Notes under the pieces: generated by a model
Databases searched by the model: none
What the model was told of the DNA's origin: nothing
Seen by the model: the letters and a program-made list of their open reading frames with translations, nothing else
From: an uncultured Candidatus Saccharibacteria bacterium
GTDB lineage: Bacteria > Patescibacteriota > Minisyncoccia > Phycocordibacterales > DSPV01
DNA length: 64,000 bases
NCBI GenBank assembly: GCA_964617735.1
Contig: CAZTXT010000001.1
Coordinates: forward strand, 600,549-664,548
Direction of reading: 5' to 3'
Position numbers and translations under genes: made by a program
Shown: positions 1 to 8,087 of the stretch, in pieces
Layout: the number at the start of each line of letters is the position of its first letter
Position numbering within the stretch: position 1 is the first letter of the stretch

Positions 1-1291
1 ATTCGCGCTCAAGGATCTTAGCGATAACGAAGGGGCGGAACAGCTCGAGCGCCATATGCTTGGGCAGACCGCACTGGTGTATTTTCAATTCAGGCCCCAC
101 GACGATGACCGAGCGTCCCGAATAATCGACTCGTTTTCCGAGCAGGTTCTGACGGAAGAGGCCTCGCTTGCCTTTAAGGTTGTCAGCAAGCGATTTGAGC
201 GGCCGGCGTTGAGCCTGGCTTAAAGTCGACATGATACTCGATCCGTGACGCAGGGAGTTGTCGAGCATCGCGTCCACGGCTTCTTGCAAAATGCGCTTTT
301 CATTGCGCAGGATCACTTCGGGCGCGTTGATCTCCTTGAGCTTGCGCAGACGATTGTTGCGATTGATGACCCGACGATAGAGGTCATTGATATCAGAGGT
401 GGCATAGCGACCGCCGTCGAGCGGAACCATGGGACGAAGTGCCGGCGGAATGACCGGTACACGCGTCAAGAACATCCACTCGGGACGCACGCCTGCTGAG
501 ACCATCGAGCGTAGGACGCTCAACCGCTTGTTGATCCGTTCACGTTCAATGCTTGAAACATCTTCATAGGCAGCCTCAAGCTTCTGTATCAGTGCATGCA
601 GGTCGAGGTCTTTGCAAATATTGTATATCGCCTCCGCGCCGATCCCCGCTTCGAACAACGGGCCGTATTTCATGGAGAAATTGTGATACGCGACCTCGTC
701 AAGCACGGCACCCGGTTTGATACCCTCGATCTCGCGTTTGGTATTCTGGAACATCTCCTTCAGGGCTTCTTTGGTCTTTTCGTCATGGACAGCTTTGACT
801 TTCGACTTGAATTCCGAATCCAGATCGCGCAGGATCTCACTGCGGGTCTCTTCGCTGACCGACGTTACGATGTAGCCGGCGAAATAAATAACTTTCTCAA
901 GGTCGTCGATCGACATTCCCAAAATGAGTCCGATACGTGACGGAGTGGAGCGCAAAAACCAGATGTGGCTGACGGGACTGGAGAGTTCGATATGTCCCAT
1001 GCGTTCGCGTCGAACGATGGATCGGGTAATCTCGACGCCGCATTTCTCGCAGACGATGCCTTTGTAGCGGATGCCGCGATACTTGCCGCAGTAACATTCA
1101 TAGTCCTTGTCGGGACCGAATATCTTCTCGTCGAAGAGCCCACTCTTTTCAGAGCGCTGGGTACGATAGTTGATCGTCTCGGGCTTCGTCACCTCCCCAT
1201 AAGACCACTCTTTGATGCGATCAGGGGAAGCGACCCGCAGGGTGATGGTGTCAAAATCAGTGACGACATGCTGTTTGTTGTTTTTTATCAT
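1..1291 (-). CDS. rpoC: RNA polymerase beta' subunit, 5' part (runs off the window start)
   Basis: Manual minus-strand translation from ATG at 1291: [71 protein letters not shown]; directly follows rpoB. Confidence 0.97.
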   Translation of the reverse strand, partial: MIKNNKQHVVTDFDTITLRVASPDRIKEWSYGEVTKPETINYRTQRSEKSGLFDEKIFGPDKDYECYCGKYRGIRYKGIVCEKCGVEITRSIVRRERMGHIELSSPVSHIWFLRSTPSRIGLILGMSIDDLEKVIYFAGYIVTSVSEETRSEILRDLDSEFKSKVKAVHDEKTKEALKEMFQNTKREIEGIKPGAVLDEVAYHNFSMKYGPLFEAGIGAEAIYNICKDLDLHALIQKLEAAYEDVSSIERERINKRLSVLRSMVSAGVRPEWMFLTRVPVIPPALRPMVPLDGGRYATSDINDLYRRVINRNNRLRKLKEINAPEVILRNEKRILQEAVDAMLDNSLRHGSSIMSTLSQAQRRPLKSLADNLKGKRGLFRQNLLGKRVDYSGRSVIVVGPELKIHQCGLPKHMALELFRPFVIAKILERE

Positions 1292-1309
1292 ATTAGTGTT
1301 GATTGCTTC

Positions 1310-4300
1310 TTATTCCCTGCTGCGGCGTCGTGGGCGACCTTCGCTTTCGCGCCGGGGTCTGCTTTCCTTGACTTCCCCTCCGGTGGTTTTCTCAAGCCCG
1401 ATGTCGAGTGCGAGACCCCGCAGGTTATTGAGAAGAACGTTGAAGGACGCCGGTATATGAGATTGACTGATGTCGACCCCGCGCACGATCGAATCGAATG
1501 CAGCCGCGCGGCCGACGATGTCATCCGATTTTACGGTAAGCATTTCCCGAAGCGTATAGGCGACGCCATGCCCCAGAAGCGCCCAGACTTCCATCTCTCC
1601 GAATCGCTGGCCTCCGCCCTGCGCTTTGCCTCCCAGAGGCTGTTGGGTGATGAGCGAGTACGGTCCGATAGAGCGCATGTGGATCTTGTCTTCCACCATG
1701 TGATGCAATTTCATGATATACATGTAGCCCACTGCGACTTCCTGCTCGAACGGCTCCCCCGTTCGCCCATCCTGCAAGCGGATCTTCCCGCTTTCTGAAA
1801 ATCCCGCCGATTTCAGCTCCGATTTGATCTCGGCGTCAGTCGCGCCGGCGAACGGGGGCACGATCGCCTGATAACCGTGCGCATGTGCGGCAAGCCCGAG
1901 ATGCAATTCGAGGATCTGGCCTAGGTTCATACGAGAAGGAACGCCGAGAGGGGTCAAAATGACATCGATGGGACGGCCATCGGGCATAAACGGCATATCC
2001 TCTTCCGGCAGTATCTTGCTGATGACGCCTTTATTTCCGTGTCGGCCGGCCAGCTTGTCTCCAACTGAGACATTGCGGATCTCGGCGACTTCGATATGGA
2101 TGCGCTTAATGATGCCGGACTCAAGTTTGTCGCCCTGTTCGCGCGAAAATACCTTCACACCGATGATGCGCCCGCGCTTTCCGTTCTCCATGCGCTTGCT
2201 CGTATCCTTCACATCGCGCGCTTTCTCGCCGAAAAGGCTGCGCAAAAGCCGCTCTTCGGGAGTCAGCTGCGTTTCTCCTTTCGGAGTTATCTTGCCGACC
2301 AATATGTCTCCGGGGCGCACTTCCGCACCGATGCGAACGACTCCGTCTTCATCGAGGTTGCGCAATTTAACTTCACCGACGTTGGGAATATCATGAGTCG
2401 TGATCTCGGGACCGAGCTTGGTGTCGCGGACATTGACCACGAACTCTTCGATGTGGATGGATGCGAACCGACTCTCGCGCACCAGACGTTCAGAGAGGAT
2501 GATCGCGTCCTCATAGTTGGCTCCGGACCAGGACATGAAGGCGATGAGGACGTTCTGTCCCAAGGCCATCTCTCCGCGATCAGACGAAGAAGTATCGGCA
2601 AGTACATCACCTTTCTTGACTTTGTCGCCGACATTGACCGATGGACGCTGATGGAACATCGTAAAACCGTTGGTTCGGGAGAAATTGACGAGCGCATAGG
2701 TATGCTCCTTGCTTCTGCCTTTGATCATTATTCTGCGGGCATCCACGAAGCTCACCGTGCCGTCTTCCTGTGCGATGACGACCCGGCCGGTGTCCGCGGC
2801 GGCCTTCCGTTCGATGCCAGTCGCAACCAAGGGAGCCTCGGGAATGAGGCAGGGCGTCGCCTGCTTCTGCATATTTGAACCCATGAGTGCACGGTTCGCG
2901 TCATCATGATTGAGGAATGGGATCATCGAAGTCGCGATCGAGAATGCTTGGTTGGTAGCGACATCGATGTACTGGACTTCATCCTTGCGTACCACGCCCG
3001 GCTTTCCCGACGTGCGCACCTCGACGGTCTCCTCCGAAATGTTGCCCTCGCCGTCATACTGCGTCGCTGCGTGAGCGATATGGAAATTTTCCTCCTCGAG
3101 AGCGTTGAGATACTCGATCTCACCGGTGACTTTTCCGTTTTTCACTTTGGCATACGGCGTCTCGATCATGCCGAATTCGTTTATCTTCGCGTAGGTCGCG
3201 AGGCGCAAAATGAGTCCGATGTTGGGACCTTCGGGAGTATGAATAGGGCAGAGGCGTCCGTAGTGGGACGGATGCACGTCGCGCACTTCAAAGCCGGCGC
3301 GCTCGCGCGTGAGGCCTCCGGGACCAAGAGCCGAGAGGGTACGCAGATGCTCAAGTTCCGCCAAAATATTCTCCTGCGCCATGAACTGGGAGAGCTGGTT
3401 GGTCGTGAAGAATTCCTTAATGCGGGCCTGCAGAGGCTTGGGCGAAATGAATTGCACTGGCATCGTAACATCCGAATCGATCGTAGACATACGGTCCTGT
3501 ATATTGCGCTTGATCTGTGACATACCAACGCGGATCTTCTGTTGGAGGAGCTCACCCACGAACCGCACGCGGCGGCTTCCCAAATGGTCGATGTCGTCGT
3601 CCGTTGCGCCCGGCGTGTTGTTGAGGCCTGCGACGTGCGCAATGATGAGCACCAGATCGTCGAACGAAATGATGCGTTTTGCAAGGTCCTTTTCTTCGAG
3701 CGGCAGACTGAAGCGTTTATTGAGCTTGAACCGCCCCACCTTAGAAAGATCGTAACGGGCGGGATTGAAAATACTATTGATGAACTCCTTCGCGTTCTCT
3801 ACCGAACCGATCTCTCCATCGCGCAGGCGTTTGTGTATCTCGATGTACGATTCGTCGTTCGTTTTCGCATGATCTTTGGCAAAAGCAGTCTCGAGGTACT
3901 GTTTCGCGAATGGATATTTCTCGAAGGCATGCAGGATCTCCTTGTCAGACTTACCCGAAACCACCCGCAAAAGCGACGAGATGGGGAATTTCCGCTTGCG
4001 GTCGATGCGAACGTAGATGGCGCCGTCTGCCTCGGTTTCGATCTCTATCCAAACTCCTCGCGAAGGGATGATCTTCGCACCAAAATATATCTTATCTTTT
4101 ATCTCCGAGCTCGTGAAAAACACCCCGAAACTTCGCGCCAGCTGAGGAACGATGACGCGCTCGATGCCCGAGATGATGAAGGTTCCGTGCGAGGTCATCA
4201 GCGGGAAATCGGCCATGAATATCTCCTGCTCTTTGACCGTTCCGAGCGTTTTATTTTTCAGGCGCACCGTCATTTTCAGTGGTGCCTCATAGGAGAGTTT

Positions 4301-4555
4301 GTTGTCCTTGGCGTAGTATTCGTCGTATTTCGCCTCGGCAACGGTAAAACCGCTGATCTCCAGCTCGAATTTCTTCTCCGAATAGTCCTTGATCGGAGAA
4401 AATTCTTTGAACACCTCGACAAGACCCTTATCCAAGAGCCATTTGAACGACGCAACCTGCGCCTCGACCAGATCAGGCAGAGGCGAAAGCGACTCCTTGA
4501 AGTGTCCGAAGTATTTTTTGGGCCAAGCGACTTTAGTCGCAGTGGATGACGACAT
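1310..4555 (-). CDS. rpoB: RNA polymerase beta subunit (compact, 1081 aa)
   Basis: Motifs GDKLAGRHGNKG, RFGEMEVWAL, DVHPSHYGRLCPIHTPEGPNIGL. Confidence 0.99.
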   Translation of the reverse strand: MSSSTATKVAWPKKYFGHFKESLSPLPDLVEAQVASFKWLLDKGLVEVFKEFSPIKDYSEKKFELEISGFTVAEAKYDEYYAKDNKLSYEAPLKMTVRLKNKTLGTVKEQEIFMADFPLMTSHGTFIISGIERVIVPQLARSFGVFFTSSEIKDKIYFGAKIIPSRGVWIEIETEADGAIYVRIDRKRKFPISSLLRVVSGKSDKEILHAFEKYPFAKQYLETAFAKDHAKTNDESYIEIHKRLRDGEIGSVENAKEFINSIFNPARYDLSKVGRFKLNKRFSLPLEEKDLAKRIISFDDLVLIIAHVAGLNNTPGATDDDIDHLGSRRVRFVGELLQQKIRVGMSQIKRNIQDRMSTIDSDVTMPVQFISPKPLQARIKEFFTTNQLSQFMAQENILAELEHLRTLSALGPGGLTRERAGFEVRDVHPSHYGRLCPIHTPEGPNIGLILRLATYAKINEFGMIETPYAKVKNGKVTGEIEYLNALEEENFHIAHAATQYDGEGNISEETVEVRTSGKPGVVRKDEVQYIDVATNQAFSIATSMIPFLNHDDANRALMGSNMQKQATPCLIPEAPLVATGIERKAAADTGRVVIAQEDGTVSFVDARRIMIKGRSKEHTYALVNFSRTNGFTMFHQRPSVNVGDKVKKGDVLADTSSSDRGEMALGQNVLIAFMSWSGANYEDAIILSERLVRESRFASIHIEEFVVNVRDTKLGPEITTHDIPNVGEVKLRNLDEDGVVRIGAEVRPGDILVGKITPKGETQLTPEERLLRSLFGEKARDVKDTSKRMENGKRGRIIGVKVFSREQGDKLESGIIKRIHIEVAEIRNVSVGDKLAGRHGNKGVISKILPEEDMPFMPDGRPIDVILTPLGVPSRMNLGQILELHLGLAAHAHGYQAIVPPFAGATDAEIKSELKSAGFSESGKIRLQDGRTGEPFEQEVAVGYMYIMKLHHMVEDKIHMRSIGPYSLITQQPLGGKAQGGGQRFGEMEVWALLGHGVAYTLREMLTVKSDDIVGRAAAFDSIVRGVDISQSHIPASFNVLLNNLRGLALDIGLEKTTGGEVKESRPRRESEGRPRRRSRE

Positions 4556-4746
4556 ACGCGTATGGATTTAACCTTATTAAAATATCCCCGCCTTTCCCAC
4601 TCCGATTCTTTACACAAACGAAAACGAATCCGTCAGCTGACGGACTCTCTATATTTGGGTTTGTTATTGGGTAAGCAAGAAGCGGATTTAAAGCCTTAAG
4701 CTTAAAGCGACTTTCCCCAAAAACTCAATCTTGCTCGCGCAGGAGA

Positions 4747-4775
4747 AGCCTATACCAAAGCTTTAGTTCTGTCAA
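4747..4775 (-). promoter_or_regulatory. sigma70-type promoter for rpoBC
   Basis: TTGACA-17 nt-TAGGCT on minus strand, about 190 nt upstream of the rpoB ATG. Confidence 0.65.
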
Positions 4776-4803
4776 GCGTCTGCTGAAATCAGGATGAATC
4801 TGC

Positions 4804-5454
4804 CTATTTACCCTTATGGTGAGCCCTCCATTGACTGATGCGCGCATGATGGCCGGTGAGGAGGATTTTCGGGACGCGATACTGTTTCTTTTTATAGACG
4901 AATACTTCAGGACGCGTATAGACTTCGTGTGACGAGATGCGTCGCTCTTCCACTGAATCGAAGTTACCGAGCACACCCTCAATCTGTCGTGACAGCGCGT
5001 CGACAAAGACCATCGCCGGCAATTCCCCACCGGTCAGCACATACGGCCCGACGGAAAGCTCTTCCGCTTTGAATATCTTTTTGACGCGGGCATCCACGCC
5101 CTCATATCTGCCACAGACCAGAATGATATCTTTGCCTGATGAGAACTTCTTCGCCGATGCATTAGTGAACTCTTTCCCGCCCGCGGAGAAAATGATGATC
5201 TTCGGCTTCTTTGTTTTTGATTTCCGTATCGCCGCTTCGATCGCTTTCACCAGCGACGGAGCTTCCAAGACCATCCCGGGACCGCCGCCATACGGCCTCC
5301 GGTCCACCCGTGCCCACTTGTCTTTCGTATAGTCGCGAGGATTATAAAACTTCACCGCGATCTTTTTCTCGCGTATCGCGCGCGCGATGATGGATTCGCC
5401 CAAATAGGACTTGAATGCGCCGGGGAAGAGCGTGATGACATGGAATGTAAGCAT
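4804..5454 (-). CDS. trmD: tRNA (guanine37-N1)-methyltransferase
   Basis: FHVITLFP, VDRRPYGGGPGMV, CGRYEGVDAR, YVLTGGELPA. Confidence 0.98.
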   Translation of the reverse strand: MLTFHVITLFPGAFKSYLGESIIARAIREKKIAVKFYNPRDYTKDKWARVDRRPYGGGPGMVLEAPSLVKAIEAAIRKSKTKKPKIIIFSAGGKEFTNASAKKFSSGKDIILVCGRYEGVDARVKKIFKAEELSVGPYVLTGGELPAMVFVDALSRQIEGVLGNFDSVEERRISSHEVYTRPEVFVYKKKQYRVPKILLTGHHARISQWRAHHKGK

Positions 5455-5501
5455 ACGGGTAGCTTACTGTGCTCTTAAGGATTTGAAAAGCCTTTTCACG
5501 A

Positions 5502-5559
5502 GCACACAAAAACCGCCTTGGCCAAACCGCGTGGTTCTAGGCCGGCGGTTTTTGTGTGC
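5502..5559 (-). terminator. long hairpin/intrinsic terminator after khpA
   Basis: gcacacaaaaaccgcc...ggcggtttttgtgtgc inverted repeat. Confidence 0.65.
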
Positions 5560-5576
5560 GCTTTCGCGCAGAGAAA

Positions 5577-5891
5577 TTAGAGCTTCAAATCTGCCATCGC
5601 TTCGTCTACGGTCTTCGTCGCTCGCTCGCGCGGCATCGCGGAGCCTTCCGGCTCGTTGATCTTTAGGTTGACGCGGGCGTTGTTCTTCATGCCCACGACA
5701 CGCAAGAGCGTGCGGATTGCCTTCGCGGTGTTCCCCATGCGGCCGATCACCTTTCCCATATCAGCCGGATTGATGGAGAGCTTCAAAAGCACACCCATCT
5801 CGTCTACCGTCCGCTCGATCTTTACATCGTTCGGATTGTCGACGAGAGACTTGACGACGAATTCCAGAAACTGGACATCCTGTTCGTTCAT
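5577..5891 (-). CDS. khpA: KH-domain RNA-binding protein (YlqC/KhpA)
   Basis: LVDNPNDV...DMGKVIGRMGNTAKAIRTLL; position in the rpsP-trmD cluster. Confidence 0.92.
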   Translation of the reverse strand: MNEQDVQFLEFVVKSLVDNPNDVKIERTVDEMGVLLKLSINPADMGKVIGRMGNTAKAIRTLLRVVGMKNNARVNLKINEPEGSAMPRERATKTVDEAMADLKL

Positions 5892-6054
5892 GGATTTCTT
5901 CGATTCACTCGTAATGAAATACTGCAGCTCGACCGATCCTGTTTTACCCGAGCACCCAAAGTGCTTTTGGGTTTACTGCTGAAAGGCAATATAGCATGTT
6001 TCTATAAAAAAACAACCAGCGACTGTATGTGTACGTCGCTGGGTTTGCACTCAA

Positions 6055-6378
6055 TCACAGGGCTTCCGCCCGCATTCTTTCGATTTGGACGAGAACATCC
6101 TCAAGCGCCCCTTCGGCTTTAATCGACGCAACCCCAAGATCGATCAGAGCCTTTCCGGTTGCAGCGGGTATCTCCACGACAACCCGCCGCTGGTAATTCC
6201 GCGCCTCATCACCCGTCAGCAGTCGCGGAACTCCGTTGTGTCCTTCTATGAACATAAAGGGAGGATCGTCAAAGCCGATAGCAATTTGCGCGCCCTCCGT
6301 TTTCTGCTCGACATGAGTGTGGTCATTCGATCCTAGAGAGCACTTTTCGTAGATCCACGCTTCCATGGTCCCATTCAT
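6055..6378 (-). CDS. hypothetical protein (ORFan cassette)
   Basis: 107-aa ORF with GAAAGGA RBS and downstream hairpin at about 6016-6045. Confidence 0.65.
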   Translation of the reverse strand: MNGTMEAWIYEKCSLGSNDHTHVEQKTEGAQIAIGFDDPPFMFIEGHNGVPRLLTGDEARNYQRRVVVEIPAATGKALIDLGVASIKAEGALEDVLVQIERMRAEAL

Positions 6379-6510
6379 TCGTATTCCTTTCTTTTTATAA
6401 CCGCACCGAGGCGGTTATGTTTGATCCGGTACGTTTCCTCGAAAATAGTACTCGGCAATATAAAAAACGCAATCCCCGTCTCGTAGAGACAGGGATTGTG
6501 GCTCGAATCT

Positions 6511-6909
6511 CTATTTCGCTTCTGCGGCTGGGGCTTCTTGAGGTGTTTCAGCTTTTGTTTCTGCGGAGTCGGCTGCAGTGGCCGGGGCTGCTGTAGCAGG
6601 CACAGCTTCTTCTTTCTTTTCCGCTTCTTTCTTTATCGGGCGCTTTTTGGGAAGGGCGTTCACCTTCTTGCCAGAGACAATCTTCTTCTCCACAAGGAAA
6701 TTATGTAAGGTATCGGTCGGCTTGGCGCCCACGGACATCCAGTATTTTATACGGTCTTCCTTGATAGTCTTTACATCGTTGACCGGATCATAGGATCCGA
6801 GGACTTCTTTGTATTTGCCGCTTTTGGTTGAGTTGCGCGATTCGGTCAGCACGATACGGAACACCGGAATGTTCTTTCTTCCCACCCGCTGTAATCTGAT
6901 TTTAAGCAT
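6511..6909 (-). CDS. rpsP: 30S ribosomal protein S16 with Ala/Glu/Lys-rich tail
   Basis: MLKIRLQRVGRKNIPVFRIV...EVLGSYDP; start reassigned to ATG at 6909. Confidence 0.97.
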   Translation of the reverse strand: MLKIRLQRVGRKNIPVFRIVLTESRNSTKSGKYKEVLGSYDPVNDVKTIKEDRIKYWMSVGAKPTDTLHNFLVEKKIVSGKKVNALPKKRPIKKEAEKKEEAVPATAAPATAADSAETKAETPQEAPAAEAK

Positions 6910-6987
6910 GCGGGCTATGCTAACAGAAGTTCTCTTGTTTGACAAGAGAACTATTAGAGCATAAATTCGAGGAGAGAAAGGATTTAT

Positions 6988-7524
6988 ATGCACATTGCAA
7001 AAGGCCAGTGGCGGTTAATCATTGCACTGCCAGAATATGGCATCGTGCTCAAATTACCTCGCATCAGACTATATTGGGCTTTGAGGGGTCTACCAAACTA
7101 TGTAAAATCCTACAAAATCTGGAGAAAGGTCACACTACAAAATAGAACCCTCATCACTCCTATCGGATGTCTTCTGCGCGGACTAATGGAAAATTGGAGC
7201 GAGCGCCGGTTCTACAGGCAAACGAAACACCGCTTTCTGCAGCCGACCTTATTCTCGTTTTTCGGCTTTATGAACATTCAGCGATATGGGAAACCTCTCA
7301 ATGGGATTGGTTCTCTGATCGCCAACTACTTTTGGGATATATCCAAATCTGGAGAAGGAATCCGTAACGACGGACATCACTTCATGAATTCCCAAAATTT
7401 CACGAAGGATTTTTCAGGTAAGCTCCGGATGTTGGATTATGGGTTCAAAACGACCCAAGAGATAATCAGAAAGTATGGAGAACGATTGCAGGATGAGTTC
7501 GTCTTCCCAGCTGGGAATTGTTGA
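6988..7524 (+). CDS. hypothetical protein, minimal protein-kinase-like motifs
   Basis: TTGACA-17-TAAATT promoter, GAAAGGA RBS, terminator 7527-7556; motifs VLKLP, NWSE, DGHHFMNSQNF, LDYG. Confidence 0.7.
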   Translation: MHIAKGQWRLIIALPEYGIVLKLPRIRLYWALRGLPNYVKSYKIWRKVTLQNRTLITPIGCLLRGLMENWSERRFYRQTKHRFLQPTLFSFFGFMNIQRYGKPLNGIGSLIANYFWDISKSGEGIRNDGHHFMNSQNFTKDFSGKLRMLDYGFKTTQEIIRKYGERLQDEFVFPAGNC

Positions 7525-7526
7525 GC

Positions 7527-7556
7527 AAAGGCAGGGTCTGATCCCTGCCTTTTTTA
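7527..7556 (+). terminator. intrinsic terminator
   Basis: aaaggcaggg-tctgat-ccctgccttttttt. Confidence 0.8.
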
Positions 7557-7624
7557 TTTTTCTGAATTGACAATCCTACAGTCAGAGGATAGGTTTGGAG
7601 CAGAAAGGAAAGAACATTGAATGT

Positions 7625-8050
7625 ATGAAGCAGTCTAAACGAGAGCTAAAACGTAAGCTCATGGAATGTTTGGTAGGTGGTTTGTCCATGAAATATTTTC
7701 AAGCGGGCGAGATAGACAGTCTCGACGATATGTCTCAATATGTCCGGTTTCTTGATTCTGTCACAACGCGCGAGGAGCTTGTCGAAGGGTTAAGAGAACT
7801 AAGCCCGTTCGCTGACGACGCGCTAGCGGCCGCAGAGCGGATGACGCCTGAAGAATTCTCCGACTTTAAGATGAGACTCTCTCTCGAACGGAAGGGTGAG
7901 GACAGCGAAATGCCTCTGGCCTTTACCCCGATCCTGCTTCCCGACCGGTTTTTACCGGCCATATCTCTGGCGCAAAAAGCCGCGGCACCTTTAGGGACCA
8001 CGCTAGTCAGGTTACTTGAGCATGAGCTCGGGATAAGCTTACGCTCATAA
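7625..8050 (+). CDS. hypothetical helical protein (ORFan cassette; alternative start 7688)
   Basis: TTGACA at 7567 with 17-nt spacer to TAGGTT; hairpin at 8060-8088 shared with smc. Confidence 0.65.
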   Translation: MKQSKRELKRKLMECLVGGLSMKYFQAGEIDSLDDMSQYVRFLDSVTTREELVEGLRELSPFADDALAAAERMTPEEFSDFKMRLSLERKGEDSEMPLAFTPILLPDRFLPAISLAQKAAAPLGTTLVRLLEHELGISLRS

Positions 8051-8087
8051 ACACCACAGAACCGATTGAGTGAATTTCAATCGGTTT

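Noticed and set aside
245-4571. Long plus-strand ORFs (up to 335 aa) opposite rpoB/rpoC, and similar antisense ORFs throughout the window
   Set aside because: Shadow frames of highly conserved genes; no recognisable motifs or expression signals
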